64,000 nt of DNA, taken from the NCBI GenBank assembly GCA_009928785.1, contig SABY01000001.1:23633-87632 (forward strand), written 5' to 3'. The position numbers were made by a program, and so were the translations under genes. Each line of letters begins with the position of its first letter. Position 1 is the stretch's first letter. Under the pieces are notes generated by a model that was given only the letters and a program-made list of their open reading frames with translations, was not told where the DNA came from and searched no databases. This document shows, piece by piece, positions 36,430-45,616 of this stretch. The DNA is from Clostridia bacterium (GTDB lineage Bacteria > Bacteroidota > Bacteroidia > Bacteroidales > 4484-276).

Positions 36430-39282
36430 ATGACCAGTAAAATAAATTCCATGTCAATTGATCAATTCGAAACCTTAGACCCTCATAAATTCATCCTTAT
36501 CAAAGGTGCCCGTGTGCACAACCTGAAGAATATTGATGTCGCCATCAAGCGAAATCAAATGGTAGTAATTACCGGCTTGTCAGGATCGGGAAAATCGTCG
36601 CTTGCTTTCGATACTTTATATGCCGACGGGCAGCGGCGCTACGTAGAGAGCCTAAGCTCCTATGCCCGGCAGTTTCTGGGGCGAATGCAAAAACCCGAGG
36701 TCGATTACATCAAAGGAATTTCGCCCGCCATTGCCATCGAGCAAAAGGTGAATGCGCGCAATCCGCGCTCTACTGTTGGCACTTCTACCGAGATTTACGA
36801 ATATCTCAAACTTCTTTTTGCACGCATCGGGCATACTATTTCACCCGTGTCGGGGCAGGAAGTGGTGCGCCATTCGGTGACGGATGTTGTGAACTTCGTG
36901 GTGGCTTTGCCCGCCGATTCACGCTTGCTTATCACAAGTTGCATCGTCAGCGCCGGAGGCCGACAGGTGCCTGCCCAACTTACGGTGCTTTTGCAACAGG
37001 GCTTTACACGTTTGTTGGTGGATGGAGAAATTGTTAGGATAGAAGATATTATTAAAAACCCAAAACTCGCACCAACTGAGGCGGAGATTGAAGTGGTGAT
37101 CGATCGCCTGGTGGTAACCGATGAAGATGATCTGCGCTCGCGCGTGGCCGACTCAGTGCAGATTGCTTTTTACGAAGGCAATGGGCACTGCTACGTAAAA
37201 GTATATGACGGCGACCAGCTTATCTCGCATGAGTTTTCCAATAAATTTGAACTCGACGGAATTACTTTCGAGGAACCGACGGAGAATCTGTTTTCGTTTA
37301 ATAATCCTTTTGGGGCGTGTAAACGCTGCGAGGGTTTTGGCAGCGTCATTGGCATCGACGAAGATTTGGTAATTCCCAACAAAAGTCTCTCGGTATATGA
37401 AGGAGCTGTGGCCGCCTGGAAAGGTGAGAAGATGGGGCAATGGCGCGAGTGGTTCGTGATGGCTGCGCCAAAGTTCAACTTTCCGGTGCACAAGCCATAC
37501 AGCCAGCTCACACAGGAGCAGCGCAATCTACTCTGGACCGGCAACAAACATTTTGAAGGTATTGATGAGTTTTTCAGGCAGGTCGAGGAACAGACCTACA
37601 AAATTCAATATCGTGTGATGCTCTCACGGTATCGTGGTAAGACAATTTGTCCGGAATGTCGCGGTACACGATTACGCAAAGACGCGCAATATGTAATGGT
37701 GGATGGCCATTCCATTAGCGACCTGGTGCTGATGCCATTGGATAGCCTGTCGATTTTTTTTGAAAATATTCATATTTCATCTTACGAAATGGAGGTGGCG
37801 CGTCGGCTTTTGCTGGAAATAAAAAACCGGCTTGGATTTCTGTGCGATGTAGGTCTGGGCTATCTTACGCTCAACCGGCTTTCTTCGACGCTTTCGGGCG
37901 GTGAATCGCAGCGCATCAACCTGGCCACTTCGCTGGGTAGCAGTTTGGTAGGATCGATGTACATCCTCGACGAGCCAAGCATCGGGTTGCATCCCCGCGA
38001 CACGCAACGCCTTATAAAGGTGCTCAAAAAATTGAAGCATCTTGGTAATACCGTGATAGTAGTAGAGCACGATGAAGACATCATGCGCCAGGCCGATCAA
38101 ATCATCGACATTGGGCCGTTGGCCGGAGTGAATGGGGGAGAAGTTGTGTTTTCGGGGAGCCTCACCGAGCTTTTGCAAAACGATCAGGGCCTTACGGCAA
38201 AATATCTGAATGGCATGTTGCAGGTTCCCGTACCTGCCATTCGACGAAAGTCCAACGATTATATCGAAGCCACCGGCTGCCGCGAAAATAATCTCAAAGA
38301 CATTTCTGTAAAGATACCTTTGAATGTTTTTACGGTGATAACGGGCGTGAGCGGTTCAGGAAAGTCGTCGTTGGTGCGGCAGATTTTGTTTCCTGCCATC
38401 CGGCGTCATCTGGGAGGGTATTCCGAAAAAACCGGCAAATATGATGTGTTGCAAGGTGATCTGAAACGCATTGAGGCGGTGGAGTTTGTCGATCAAAATC
38501 CCATCGGGCGATCTTCACGGTCTAACCCGGCTACCTACGTAAAAGCCTACGACGAGATACGATCGCTTTACGCAAGCCAGCAACTGGCCAAGGTGCGGGG
38601 CTACAAGCCGGGTTTCTTTTCGTTTAATGTAGAAGGTGGCCGCTGCGAAGAGTGCGAAGGCGAAGGTGTGGTAAAGATTGAGATGCAGTTTATGGCCGAC
38701 ATCTACCTTACGTGCGAAGCCTGTGGTGGCAAGCGTTTTAAAGATGAGGTTTTGGATGTAAAATTTAAAAACAAAAATATCGCTGATATCCTCGACATGA
38801 CCATCAATCAGGCAGTCGATTTTTTTGGCAGCGAAAGCACGAAAACTTCGGCTACCGAAAAACGTATTATGACCCGCCTGCAGCCACTGCAGGATGTGGG
38901 TTTGGGATATTTAAAGCTGGGGCAATCGTCGAGCACGCTGTCGGGTGGCGAGGCACAGCGCATCAAGCTGGCATCTTTTCTTACCAAAGGTGCCAATGAA
39001 AGTCCGACACTTTTCTTTTTTGATGAACCCACCACCGGATTGCATTTTCACGACATCAGCAAACTGCTCGAAGCTTTTAACGCTTTGCTCGAAAATGGCC
39101 ATACCATTGTGGTGATAGAGCACAACCCTGAAATCATCAAATCGGCTGATCATATTATCGACCTGGGGCTGGAAGGTGGCGAGCAAGGCGGGCATCTCGT
39201 TTTTGAGGGGACACCTGAAGAAATTATCAAATCAGAAAATTCATATACCGGCCAGTTTTTGCGCGATAAGATAAAATCATAA
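36430..39282 (+). CDS. uvrA: Excinuclease ABC subunit A
   Basis: Two ABC modules (Walker A GLSGSGKSS and GVSGSGKSS; signatures LSGGESQR and LSGGEAQR) and zinc-finger CxxC pairs; 950 aa. Confidence 0.95.
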   Translation: MTSKINSMSIDQFETLDPHKFILIKGARVHNLKNIDVAIKRNQMVVITGLSGSGKSSLAFDTLYADGQRRYVESLSSYARQFLGRMQKPEVDYIKGISPAIAIEQKVNARNPRSTVGTSTEIYEYLKLLFARIGHTISPVSGQEVVRHSVTDVVNFVVALPADSRLLITSCIVSAGGRQVPAQLTVLLQQGFTRLLVDGEIVRIEDIIKNPKLAPTEAEIEVVIDRLVVTDEDDLRSRVADSVQIAFYEGNGHCYVKVYDGDQLISHEFSNKFELDGITFEEPTENLFSFNNPFGACKRCEGFGSVIGIDEDLVIPNKSLSVYEGAVAAWKGEKMGQWREWFVMAAPKFNFPVHKPYSQLTQEQRNLLWTGNKHFEGIDEFFRQVEEQTYKIQYRVMLSRYRGKTICPECRGTRLRKDAQYVMVDGHSISDLVLMPLDSLSIFFENIHISSYEMEVARRLLLEIKNRLGFLCDVGLGYLTLNRLSSTLSGGESQRINLATSLGSSLVGSMYILDEPSIGLHPRDTQRLIKVLKKLKHLGNTVIVVEHDEDIMRQADQIIDIGPLAGVNGGEVVFSGSLTELLQNDQGLTAKYLNGMLQVPVPAIRRKSNDYIEATGCRENNLKDISVKIPLNVFTVITGVSGSGKSSLVRQILFPAIRRHLGGYSEKTGKYDVLQGDLKRIEAVEFVDQNPIGRSSRSNPATYVKAYDEIRSLYASQQLAKVRGYKPGFFSFNVEGGRCEECEGEGVVKIEMQFMADIYLTCEACGGKRFKDEVLDVKFKNKNIADILDMTINQAVDFFGSESTKTSATEKRIMTRLQPLQDVGLGYLKLGQSSSTLSGGEAQRIKLASFLTKGANESPTLFFFDEPTTGLHFHDISKLLEAFNALLENGHTIVVIEHNPEIIKSADHIIDLGLEGGEQGGHLVFEGTPEEIIKSENSYTGQFLRDKIKS

Positions 39283-39283
39283 G

Positions 39284-39547
39284 ATGCAAATCACCACTTC
39301 ACTGTTATTGGCAAGTTTGCTCACATTTATTATAAACATTCCCTTTGGATTTTGGCGCAGCAACCGGCGCCGGTATAGTTTTTCGTGGTTTTTGGCCATC
39401 CATATTCCGGTGCCAATAATCATTTTTTTGAGATTTTATCTTGATATCGGCTTTCATTGGAGCACCTATTTTTTTTTGGTGACTGCTTTTTTTGCCGGGC
39501 AATACATGGGCACATTTATTAATAGATTAAGAAAAAAAAAGGTATGA
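39284..39547 (+). CDS. Small membrane protein (87 aa), unknown function
   Basis: Three hydrophobic segments. The start is 1 nt after the uvrA stop, suggesting translational coupling. Confidence 0.5.
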   Translation: MQITTSLLLASLLTFIINIPFGFWRSNRRRYSFSWFLAIHIPVPIIIFLRFYLDIGFHWSTYFFLVTAFFAGQYMGTFINRLRKKKV

Positions 39548-39606
39548 AATGATTGGCAAATCAGAGCTTTAGCATTTCTTAACAGCGCCCCGGCGGCGAT
39601 TCTTAC

Positions 39607-39614
39607 TACTTTTG
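39607..39614 (+). promoter_or_regulatory. -7 promoter box TACTTTTG upstream of aconitase
   Basis: Exact TAnnTTTG match 30 nt upstream of the ATG at 39644. Confidence 0.4.
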
Positions 39615-39643
39615 CAAAACGTTCCACATAAAAATTTTAAAAC

Positions 39644-41920
39644 ATGCTTTTCGATCTCGATCTAATCCAAAACGTTTACAATAAATTTCCTGCAAGAATC
39701 CAAAAGGCGCGTCAGCTTTTAAAGCGTCCGCTTACGCTCACCGAAAAAATCCTCTATGCCCATTTGTGGGATGAGGTGGGAAAAGAATATAACCGTGGCG
39801 CCGACTATGTGGATTTTGCCCCCGACCGCGTGGCCATGCAAGATGCTACCGCCCAGATGGCGCTGCTTCAATTTATGCAGGCCGGGCGCGACAAAGTGGC
39901 GGTGCCAAGCACGGTGCATTGCGATCACCTGATACAGGCGCGCGTGGGAGCCAAAGAAGATTTGAAGGTTGCTAAAGATAACAACCGGGAGGTTTTTGAT
40001 TTTCTTTCGTCGATATCCAATAAATATGGTATTGGTTTCTGGAAGCCGGGTGCCGGCATCATCCATCAGGTGGTGCTCGAAAACTATGCTTTTCCCGGCG
40101 GGATGATGATAGGAACCGATTCGCACACCGTGAATGCCGGCGGGCTTGGCATGATAGCCATTGGTGTAGGCGGCGCCGATGCTGTGGATGTAATGGCCGG
40201 CATGCCCTGGGAGCTGAAGATGCCGCGCATCATCGGTGTAAAATTAACGGGTAAACTCAGCGGATGGACATCCTCCAAAGACGTCATTCTGAAAGTTGCT
40301 GGTATCCTTACGGTAAAAGGCGGAACAGGTGCTATTGTTGAATATTTTGGCCCTGGCGCCGAGCATCTGAGCTGCACAGGCAAGGGCACGATATGTAATA
40401 TGGGCGCCGAGATTGGAGCAACCACTTCTTTATTCGGCTACGACCGGCGTATGTCGGATTACCTGCGTGCTACCGGACGTGCTCTGGTGGCCGACGCTGC
40501 CGATAAAATTGCCGGACATCTAATCGGTGATGAAGAAGTTTATAACGATCCCGGAGAATATTTCGATCAGGTTATCGAAATTGATCTTTCCCAACTGGAG
40601 CCGCACATCAACGGGCCTTTTACCCCGGATTTGGCCACGCCGGTATCGGAATTTGCGCAGGCAGCCCGCGACAACAACTGGCCACTGACGCTGGAGGTAG
40701 GCTTAATTGGTTCCTGTACCAATTCATCTTACGAAGACATTACCCGTGCTGCTTCAGTGGCGCAGCAGGCGCTCGACAACGATCTGGAAGTGAAATCGGA
40801 ATATACCGTTACGCCCGGTTCCGAGCAGGTGCGGTTTACAGTAGAACGCGACGGCTACCTCGACATCTTCGAAAAAATTGGCGGCGTGGTGCTGGCCAAT
40901 GCATGTGGCCCCTGCATCGGACAATGGGCACGCCACAATGCCGACAAGAAAGAGAAAAACTCTATCATGACGTCGTTCAATCGCAACTTTGCCAAACGCA
41001 ACGACGGCAACCCCAACACGCACGGTTTTGTGGCTTCGCCCGAAATTGTAACGGCTTTTGCCATTGCCGGCACCCTGGAGTTTAATCCGCTCACCGACAG
41101 CCTTATTAATAAAAAAGGAGAAAAAATAAAACTGAAAGAACCACAGGGAATCGAACTGCCTATTAAAGGTTTTGCTGTGGAAGACAATGGCTACCAGGAA
41201 CCTGCTCGCGATGGCAGCAACATCAGCGTTGAGGTGGCTCCCGACTCCGACCGTTTGCAGTTGCTTGCGCCTTTTGCACCCTGGGAAGGTCACGACATTA
41301 AAGGTCTAAGATTATTAATAAAAGCCAAAGGCAAATGTACCACCGACCACATTTCGATGGCCGGCCCCTGGCTGCGCTACCGTGGTCACCTGGATAATAT
41401 TTCCAACAACCTGCTTATTGGCGCCGAAAATGCCTTTACCGGAAAAACCAATCTTATCAAAAACCAGCTAAACGGTGCATATGATGCAGTGCCGGCGGTG
41501 GCAAGAGCTTACAAAGCGCAAGGCATTGGAACCATTGTGGTGGGCGACGAAAATTATGGCGAAGGCTCCTCACGCGAACATGCCGCTATGGAGCCGCGTC
41601 ATCTGGGCGTTAGAGCTGTGGTGGTGCGTAGTTTTGCACGCATACACGAAACCAACCTAAAAAAGCAAGGGATGCTCGCGCTTACCTTTGCCGACAAAAC
41701 CGATTACGGTAAAATTATGGAAGACGATACTTTCGACATCACAGGTCTCGAAACCTTTGAGCAAGGCCGTCCGCTGCAACTCATCGTTCACCACTTCGAC
41801 GGCACCACCAACAAAATGGAGATGCTGCACACCTATAGTCCGGTACAAATAGAATGGTTTAAAGCCGGCTCGGCGCTCAACCTTATCAAAAAGCAGAATG
41901 TGTTGACGGGGAGGAAGTAG
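39644..41920 (+). CDS. acnA: Aconitate hydratase (about 750-aa type)
   Basis: Aconitase family blocks including the Fe-S ligand contexts GSCTNSS and [10 protein letters not shown], plus the swivel domain. The stop TAG (41918-41920) lies inside the first GGAAGTA heptads. Confidence 0.9.
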   Translation: MLFDLDLIQNVYNKFPARIQKARQLLKRPLTLTEKILYAHLWDEVGKEYNRGADYVDFAPDRVAMQDATAQMALLQFMQAGRDKVAVPSTVHCDHLIQARVGAKEDLKVAKDNNREVFDFLSSISNKYGIGFWKPGAGIIHQVVLENYAFPGGMMIGTDSHTVNAGGLGMIAIGVGGADAVDVMAGMPWELKMPRIIGVKLTGKLSGWTSSKDVILKVAGILTVKGGTGAIVEYFGPGAEHLSCTGKGTICNMGAEIGATTSLFGYDRRMSDYLRATGRALVADAADKIAGHLIGDEEVYNDPGEYFDQVIEIDLSQLEPHINGPFTPDLATPVSEFAQAARDNNWPLTLEVGLIGSCTNSSYEDITRAASVAQQALDNDLEVKSEYTVTPGSEQVRFTVERDGYLDIFEKIGGVVLANACGPCIGQWARHNADKKEKNSIMTSFNRNFAKRNDGNPNTHGFVASPEIVTAFAIAGTLEFNPLTDSLINKKGEKIKLKEPQGIELPIKGFAVEDNGYQEPARDGSNISVEVAPDSDRLQLLAPFAPWEGHDIKGLRLLIKAKGKCTTDHISMAGPWLRYRGHLDNISNNLLIGAENAFTGKTNLIKNQLNGAYDAVPAVARAYKAQGIGTIVVGDENYGEGSSREHAAMEPRHLGVRAVVVRSFARIHETNLKKQGMLALTFADKTDYGKIMEDDTFDITGLETFEQGRPLQLIVHHFDGTTNKMEMLHTYSPVQIEWFKAGSALNLIKKQNVLTGRK

Positions 41921-42223
41921 GAAGTAGGAAGTAGGAAGTAGGAAGTAGGTAGCAGGAAGTAGGTAGTGGTTAGAACAAAGAAATTAGAATTTACCGTTGA
42001 GATGCCCGATCGTGTTCGTTTAATATTGTTGATGAATGAAACCTCTGCAGGCTTCCTGTCAATAATTCCCGGATTCATCAGGGATAGATGGAAGAAGAGC
42101 CAACTGCGAACTGCGAACTGTGTACTGTGGACTGTGGACTGTGAGCTGCCAACTGCGAACTGAGAACTGTGAGCTGCCAACTGAGAACTGCGAACTGTGG
42201 ACTGCGAGCTGCCAACTGCAACT
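41913..42223. repeat. Composite element: (GGAAGTA)x~8, a ~130-bp core, then 17+ heptads of the form GNNNACT
   Basis: Left array 41913-41968. Right array 42099-42223 (GCCAACT, GCGAACT, GTGGACT, GTGAGCT...), with a higher-order ~28-bp pattern. Confidence 0.9.
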
Positions 42224-42434
42224 GCCTTTTGTTGATTTTTTAACCCAAAACCTGGGTAAAGGTATCCACAAGCTATTGGGTTGATAAATTTTTGTATTTT
42301 AAACTAAATATCAGAAAACCAATGATATAGTTTTGAAATTCCTTCGATTTCCTTTTTTATCCCTTTTGGCACGATACTCTCAAGTTCCCTTTTATTGTTA
42401 TAAATAAATTGTTAAACCTAAAAAGTAATACGCC

Positions 42435-42623
42435 ATGAACAAACTACAATTAAAAGGAAACTGGAACACTGTGAAAGGAAACCTGAAACAGAAGTATGCT
42501 AATCTTACAGACGATGATCTAACGTATGCCGAAGGCAAAGAAGACGAACTGCTCGGACGCCTGCAAAAGAAAACCGGCAAAACCAAGGAGGAGCTGACTG
42601 ACGAAATCAATAAAATTAAATAG
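42435..42623 (+). CDS. CsbD family general stress protein
   Basis: 62 aa; [23 protein letters not shown]...[20 protein letters not shown] is the CsbD pattern. Confidence 0.85.
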   Translation: MNKLQLKGNWNTVKGNLKQKYANLTDDDLTYAEGKEDELLGRLQKKTGKTKEELTDEINKIK

Positions 42624-42625
42624 TC

Positions 42626-42769
42626 ATGCGCAGCCTACTTTATATTATCGCCGTAATCCTGGTTATTGGCTGGCTGCTTGGATTCTTTGTTTACACAGCC
42701 GGCGGACTGATCCACATCCTGTTAGTATTAGCCGTAATCGCTATCCTGATTTCGCTGATCCGCGGATGA
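42626..42769 (+). CDS. Lmo0937-family small membrane protein (47 aa; not in the ORF track)
   Basis: Hand translation gives MRSLLYIIAVILVIGWLLGFFVYTAGGLIHILLVLAVIAILISLIRG. ATG at 42626 and TGA at 42767-42769, starting 2 nt after the csbD stop. Confidence 0.6.
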   Translation: MRSLLYIIAVILVIGWLLGFFVYTAGGLIHILLVLAVIAILISLIRG

Positions 42770-42835
42770 CGTCCGAATCCTTACAACAACAGTAATCTTT
42801 TCAAAGACTAAATTTCAAACTTAAAAATTAATTTT

Positions 42836-43339
42836 ATGAATATGCGAACTAAAATGTTTTCGATAGCTTTGTTGTCACTATTTTTTGTCGCCACAGCATG
42901 CAACAATGCCCAGCAGCGCGACGAATACAACGACAATACTATGGAGCAAATGAATCAGGATCGGCAACAAGACTTGGAAAATTTGCGTGCCGACATCAAT
43001 CGTCTCGAAGCCAATGTGCAGGCAACTCTGCGTGACAAACCCGACGATTTCCAGGAGCGCATGAAGGAATCATTGGACAAAATAGAAGAACGTATCGATG
43101 ATTTTGAAGATCGTATGGAAGACCGTGGAGAAGCCATCGACGACAAAACCCAGCGCGCCATCAACAATATGAAACGCGAAACCCAACAGCTCGAAGATCG
43201 TTTGGATAAATGGACCGAAAGCGATTGGGAGGAGTTTAAAGCCGACTTTAATGAAGGATGGCAAAACTTTAAAAACGATTTGCGCGATTTAACCGATGGT
43301 GACGATGATAACCGAGACCATGACAACGACAATATGTAA
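42836..43339 (+). CDS. Acidic coiled-coil lipoprotein, unknown function
   Basis: Lipoprotein signal LLSLFFVATAC followed by a D/E/R-rich helical sequence. Confidence 0.6.
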   Translation: MNMRTKMFSIALLSLFFVATACNNAQQRDEYNDNTMEQMNQDRQQDLENLRADINRLEANVQATLRDKPDDFQERMKESLDKIEERIDDFEDRMEDRGEAIDDKTQRAINNMKRETQQLEDRLDKWTESDWEEFKADFNEGWQNFKNDLRDLTDGDDDNRDHDNDNM

Positions 43340-43380
43340 AGTTAAGTTGAGTGATTGATTAGTTGATTGAGTGAATAGAG

Positions 43381-43419
43381 AATCCCGGCTGCATGTGTGC
43401 GCCGGGATTTATTTTTTTT
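43381..43419 (+). terminator. Rho-independent terminator after the acidic lipoprotein gene
   Basis: AATCCCGGCTGCATGTGTGCGCCGGGATTT stem-loop followed by ATTTTTTTT. Confidence 0.6.
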
Positions 43420-43452
43420 GGTGATTAAGATTACGTATGTACTAACTTGATT

Positions 43453-43490
43453 TAGAACAAAATCCCGGTTGCAGTTGTGCTCCGGGATTT
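43453..43490 (-). terminator. Terminator-like hairpin for the minus-strand PLP enzyme gene (paralogous to the hairpin at 43381)
   Basis: AATCCCGGTTGCAGTTGTGCTCCGGGATTT; on the minus strand it is followed by TTTTGTTC. Confidence 0.45.
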
Positions 43491-43571
43491 GTGTATTTAT
43501 CCGCACTTTATGATATTGGCAGGAATCCGGATTTTTAACTTTAACAACCCGAAAGCCTTTTATTCAGCCAG

Positions 43572-44774
43572 TTATTTGATCATTCCAGCCTGCTTCAGGC
43601 ATTTTTTGATCATGTCGAAAGTGCGGTCGATCTCGCTGTCCAATCCTACGGAAAAACGGATGAGACCTTCGGAAAGACCCATTTCTTTTTGTTTCTCTTC
43701 GGGGACTTCTGATGAGGTGCTTTTGCCTGAGTTGCTAAACAATGTTTTAAAATAGCCGAGGCTCACCGCCAGATAGCCAACCCCTTCGCTTTCCATCATC
43801 TCCATTACTTCGGCGGCTTTGTCGGCGGTGCCGGCATCGAATGAGAGCATGCCTCCAAAACCATATTTTTCGTTCATAATCGATTTCAACAAGGCGTGGC
43901 CGGAATGTTTTTTGAGGCCGGGATAGTTCACCGTAATTCCAATTTCTTCCAGCTTCTCGGCCAGATACATGGCGTTGCGGCTGTGCTGTTGCATGCGGAT
44001 ATGCAGTGTGTGCAGGTTTTTCAAAATTGACGACGAGCGAAACGGATCGAGCACAGGGCCCAAAAGCATCGCAGTGCCGCTGTTCACGTCGATGAGCGAG
44101 GCAATAAACTCTTTGCTTCCGCAGATGGCACCGGCTACGCAATCGTTTTTACCATTAACAAATTTGGTGAGGCTGTACAACACCACGTCGGCGCCCAGTT
44201 GCGCCGGGGTAATCATCATCGGGGTAAAGGTGTTATCAACCAGCAACTTTGCGTTATGCTTGTGTGCTATGTCGGCCAGACGCCGCACATCCGAAACTTC
44301 GAGCAGCGGGTTGGTAACAGTTTCGGTATAAACGATGCGCGTGTTGGGTTTGATGGCGGCTTCCACTTCTTTCAGATCGGTAATATTTACGAAAGTCACC
44401 CCGATGTTGAATTTCTCCACGTAGTTGTTCAGAAAAGCAAAAGTGCCTCCGTAGGTGGTGCGGCTTGCCACAATGTGGTCGCCGGCGTTGCAAAGTTGCA
44501 AAATTGCGGAAGTGATGGCGCCCATGCCCGATGCTGTAACCCAGGCTGCTTCGGTGCCTTCCATGGCGGCCAGCGCATCAGCCAGATATTTATTGCTGGG
44601 GTTCCAGTGGCGTGAGTAAAGGAAACACCCTTCGGCCTCGCCATGAAAAGTGTCGAGCATGGTCTTGGCCTGCATAAAAGTGAATGTTGCCGAATCGGTG
44701 ACGGATGGATTTACATCGCCATACTCGCCAAACTGTAATAAATCCTGAATTTTACTTGCCGGATCAAATTTCAT
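43572..44774 (-). CDS. Cys/Met-metabolism PLP-dependent enzyme (methionine gamma-lyase-like)
   Basis: PLP-lysine context YSLTKFVNGKND and N-terminal YSRHWNP; 400 aa, typical of the family. Exact reaction specificity was not determined. Confidence 0.8.
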   Translation of the reverse strand: MKFDPASKIQDLLQFGEYGDVNPSVTDSATFTFMQAKTMLDTFHGEAEGCFLYSRHWNPSNKYLADALAAMEGTEAAWVTASGMGAITSAILQLCNAGDHIVASRTTYGGTFAFLNNYVEKFNIGVTFVNITDLKEVEAAIKPNTRIVYTETVTNPLLEVSDVRRLADIAHKHNAKLLVDNTFTPMMITPAQLGADVVLYSLTKFVNGKNDCVAGAICGSKEFIASLIDVNSGTAMLLGPVLDPFRSSSILKNLHTLHIRMQQHSRNAMYLAEKLEEIGITVNYPGLKKHSGHALLKSIMNEKYGFGGMLSFDAGTADKAAEVMEMMESEGVGYLAVSLGYFKTLFSNSGKSTSSEVPEEKQKEMGLSEGLIRFSVGLDSEIDRTFDMIKKCLKQAGMIK

Positions 44775-44946
44775 AATTGTATATTTTTTATGATGATTAA
44801 ATTTTGAAATGTCGAAGCAAAACTATAGAAAATGCACCGGATTAAAGGTTGTTTCTCTGTTGATTTTAAAAACTGTAATCAAAAACATGAACATCATAAA
44901 AAACTGTAAGTTTGCTAATTGATTTTTAGAATGTAGATTTCAGTTT

Positions 44947-45083
44947 AAACAAACAAACACCGAACACCAAACAACAAACACCAAGCAACAAACTTGAGCG
45001 TAGCTGCCTGCCCCGACCCATCGGGGAAATCCCGAGAGCTTTGCGATTCGGGAAACAAACAACGAACAACAAACAACGAACAG
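44947..45083. repeat. Composite element: (CAAACAC/CAAACAA)x~7, two GC hairpins, then (AAACAAC/AACGAAC)x~4
   Basis: Hairpins CCCCGA-CCCA-TCGGGG (45011-45026) and CCCGA-N12-TCGGG (45031-45052). Heptad tracts at 44947-44993 and 45053-45083. Confidence 0.85.
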
Positions 45084-45087
45084 TTTT

Positions 45088-45558
45088 ATGACCGAAAATT
45101 TCAAACTCGACAGCCTCGACCGGCGCATTCTGGCGCTACTCACCGCCGACGCCCGGATGCCGTATCTCCAGGTAGCGCGCCATTGCAAAGTGTCGGGAGC
45201 AGCCATCCATCAGCGGGTGCAAAAAATGACCGAAGCCGGCGTCATCACCGGCGCGCAGGTAACCATTTCGCGCAGCGGCTTTGGCTATCTCACCTGCGCT
45301 TTCATCGGCTTACAAGTCAACCTTACTGCTACAAGCACACATGAGGAGGTTTTTCAGAAAATAAAACAAATCCCTGAAATCGTCGAGTGCCACCATATCA
45401 CCGGCAAATATTCGCTGTTGGTAAAAATTCTGGCTCGTAACAATGAGCAGCTCAAAAACATCATCGTCGAGCAAATCCAGTCCATCCCGGAGATTGTAGC
45501 CACCGAAACCTTCATCTCGCTCGAAGAGGGTTTTGTGCGCCCGCTGCCTGTGGAATAA
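45088..45558 (+). CDS. Lrp/AsnC family transcriptional regulator
   Basis: N-terminal HTH (LDRRILALLTADARMPYLQVARHCKVSGAAIHQRV) and a C-terminal RAM domain; 156 aa. Confidence 0.9.
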   Translation: MTENFKLDSLDRRILALLTADARMPYLQVARHCKVSGAAIHQRVQKMTEAGVITGAQVTISRSGFGYLTCAFIGLQVNLTATSTHEEVFQKIKQIPEIVECHHITGKYSLLVKILARNNEQLKNIIVEQIQSIPEIVATETFISLEEGFVRPLPVE

Positions 45559-45616
45559 ACAAGCTTCAAAAACTAATTTATCTTTGGCGATAGAAACAGA
45601 TAAGGTGAAGCAAATA

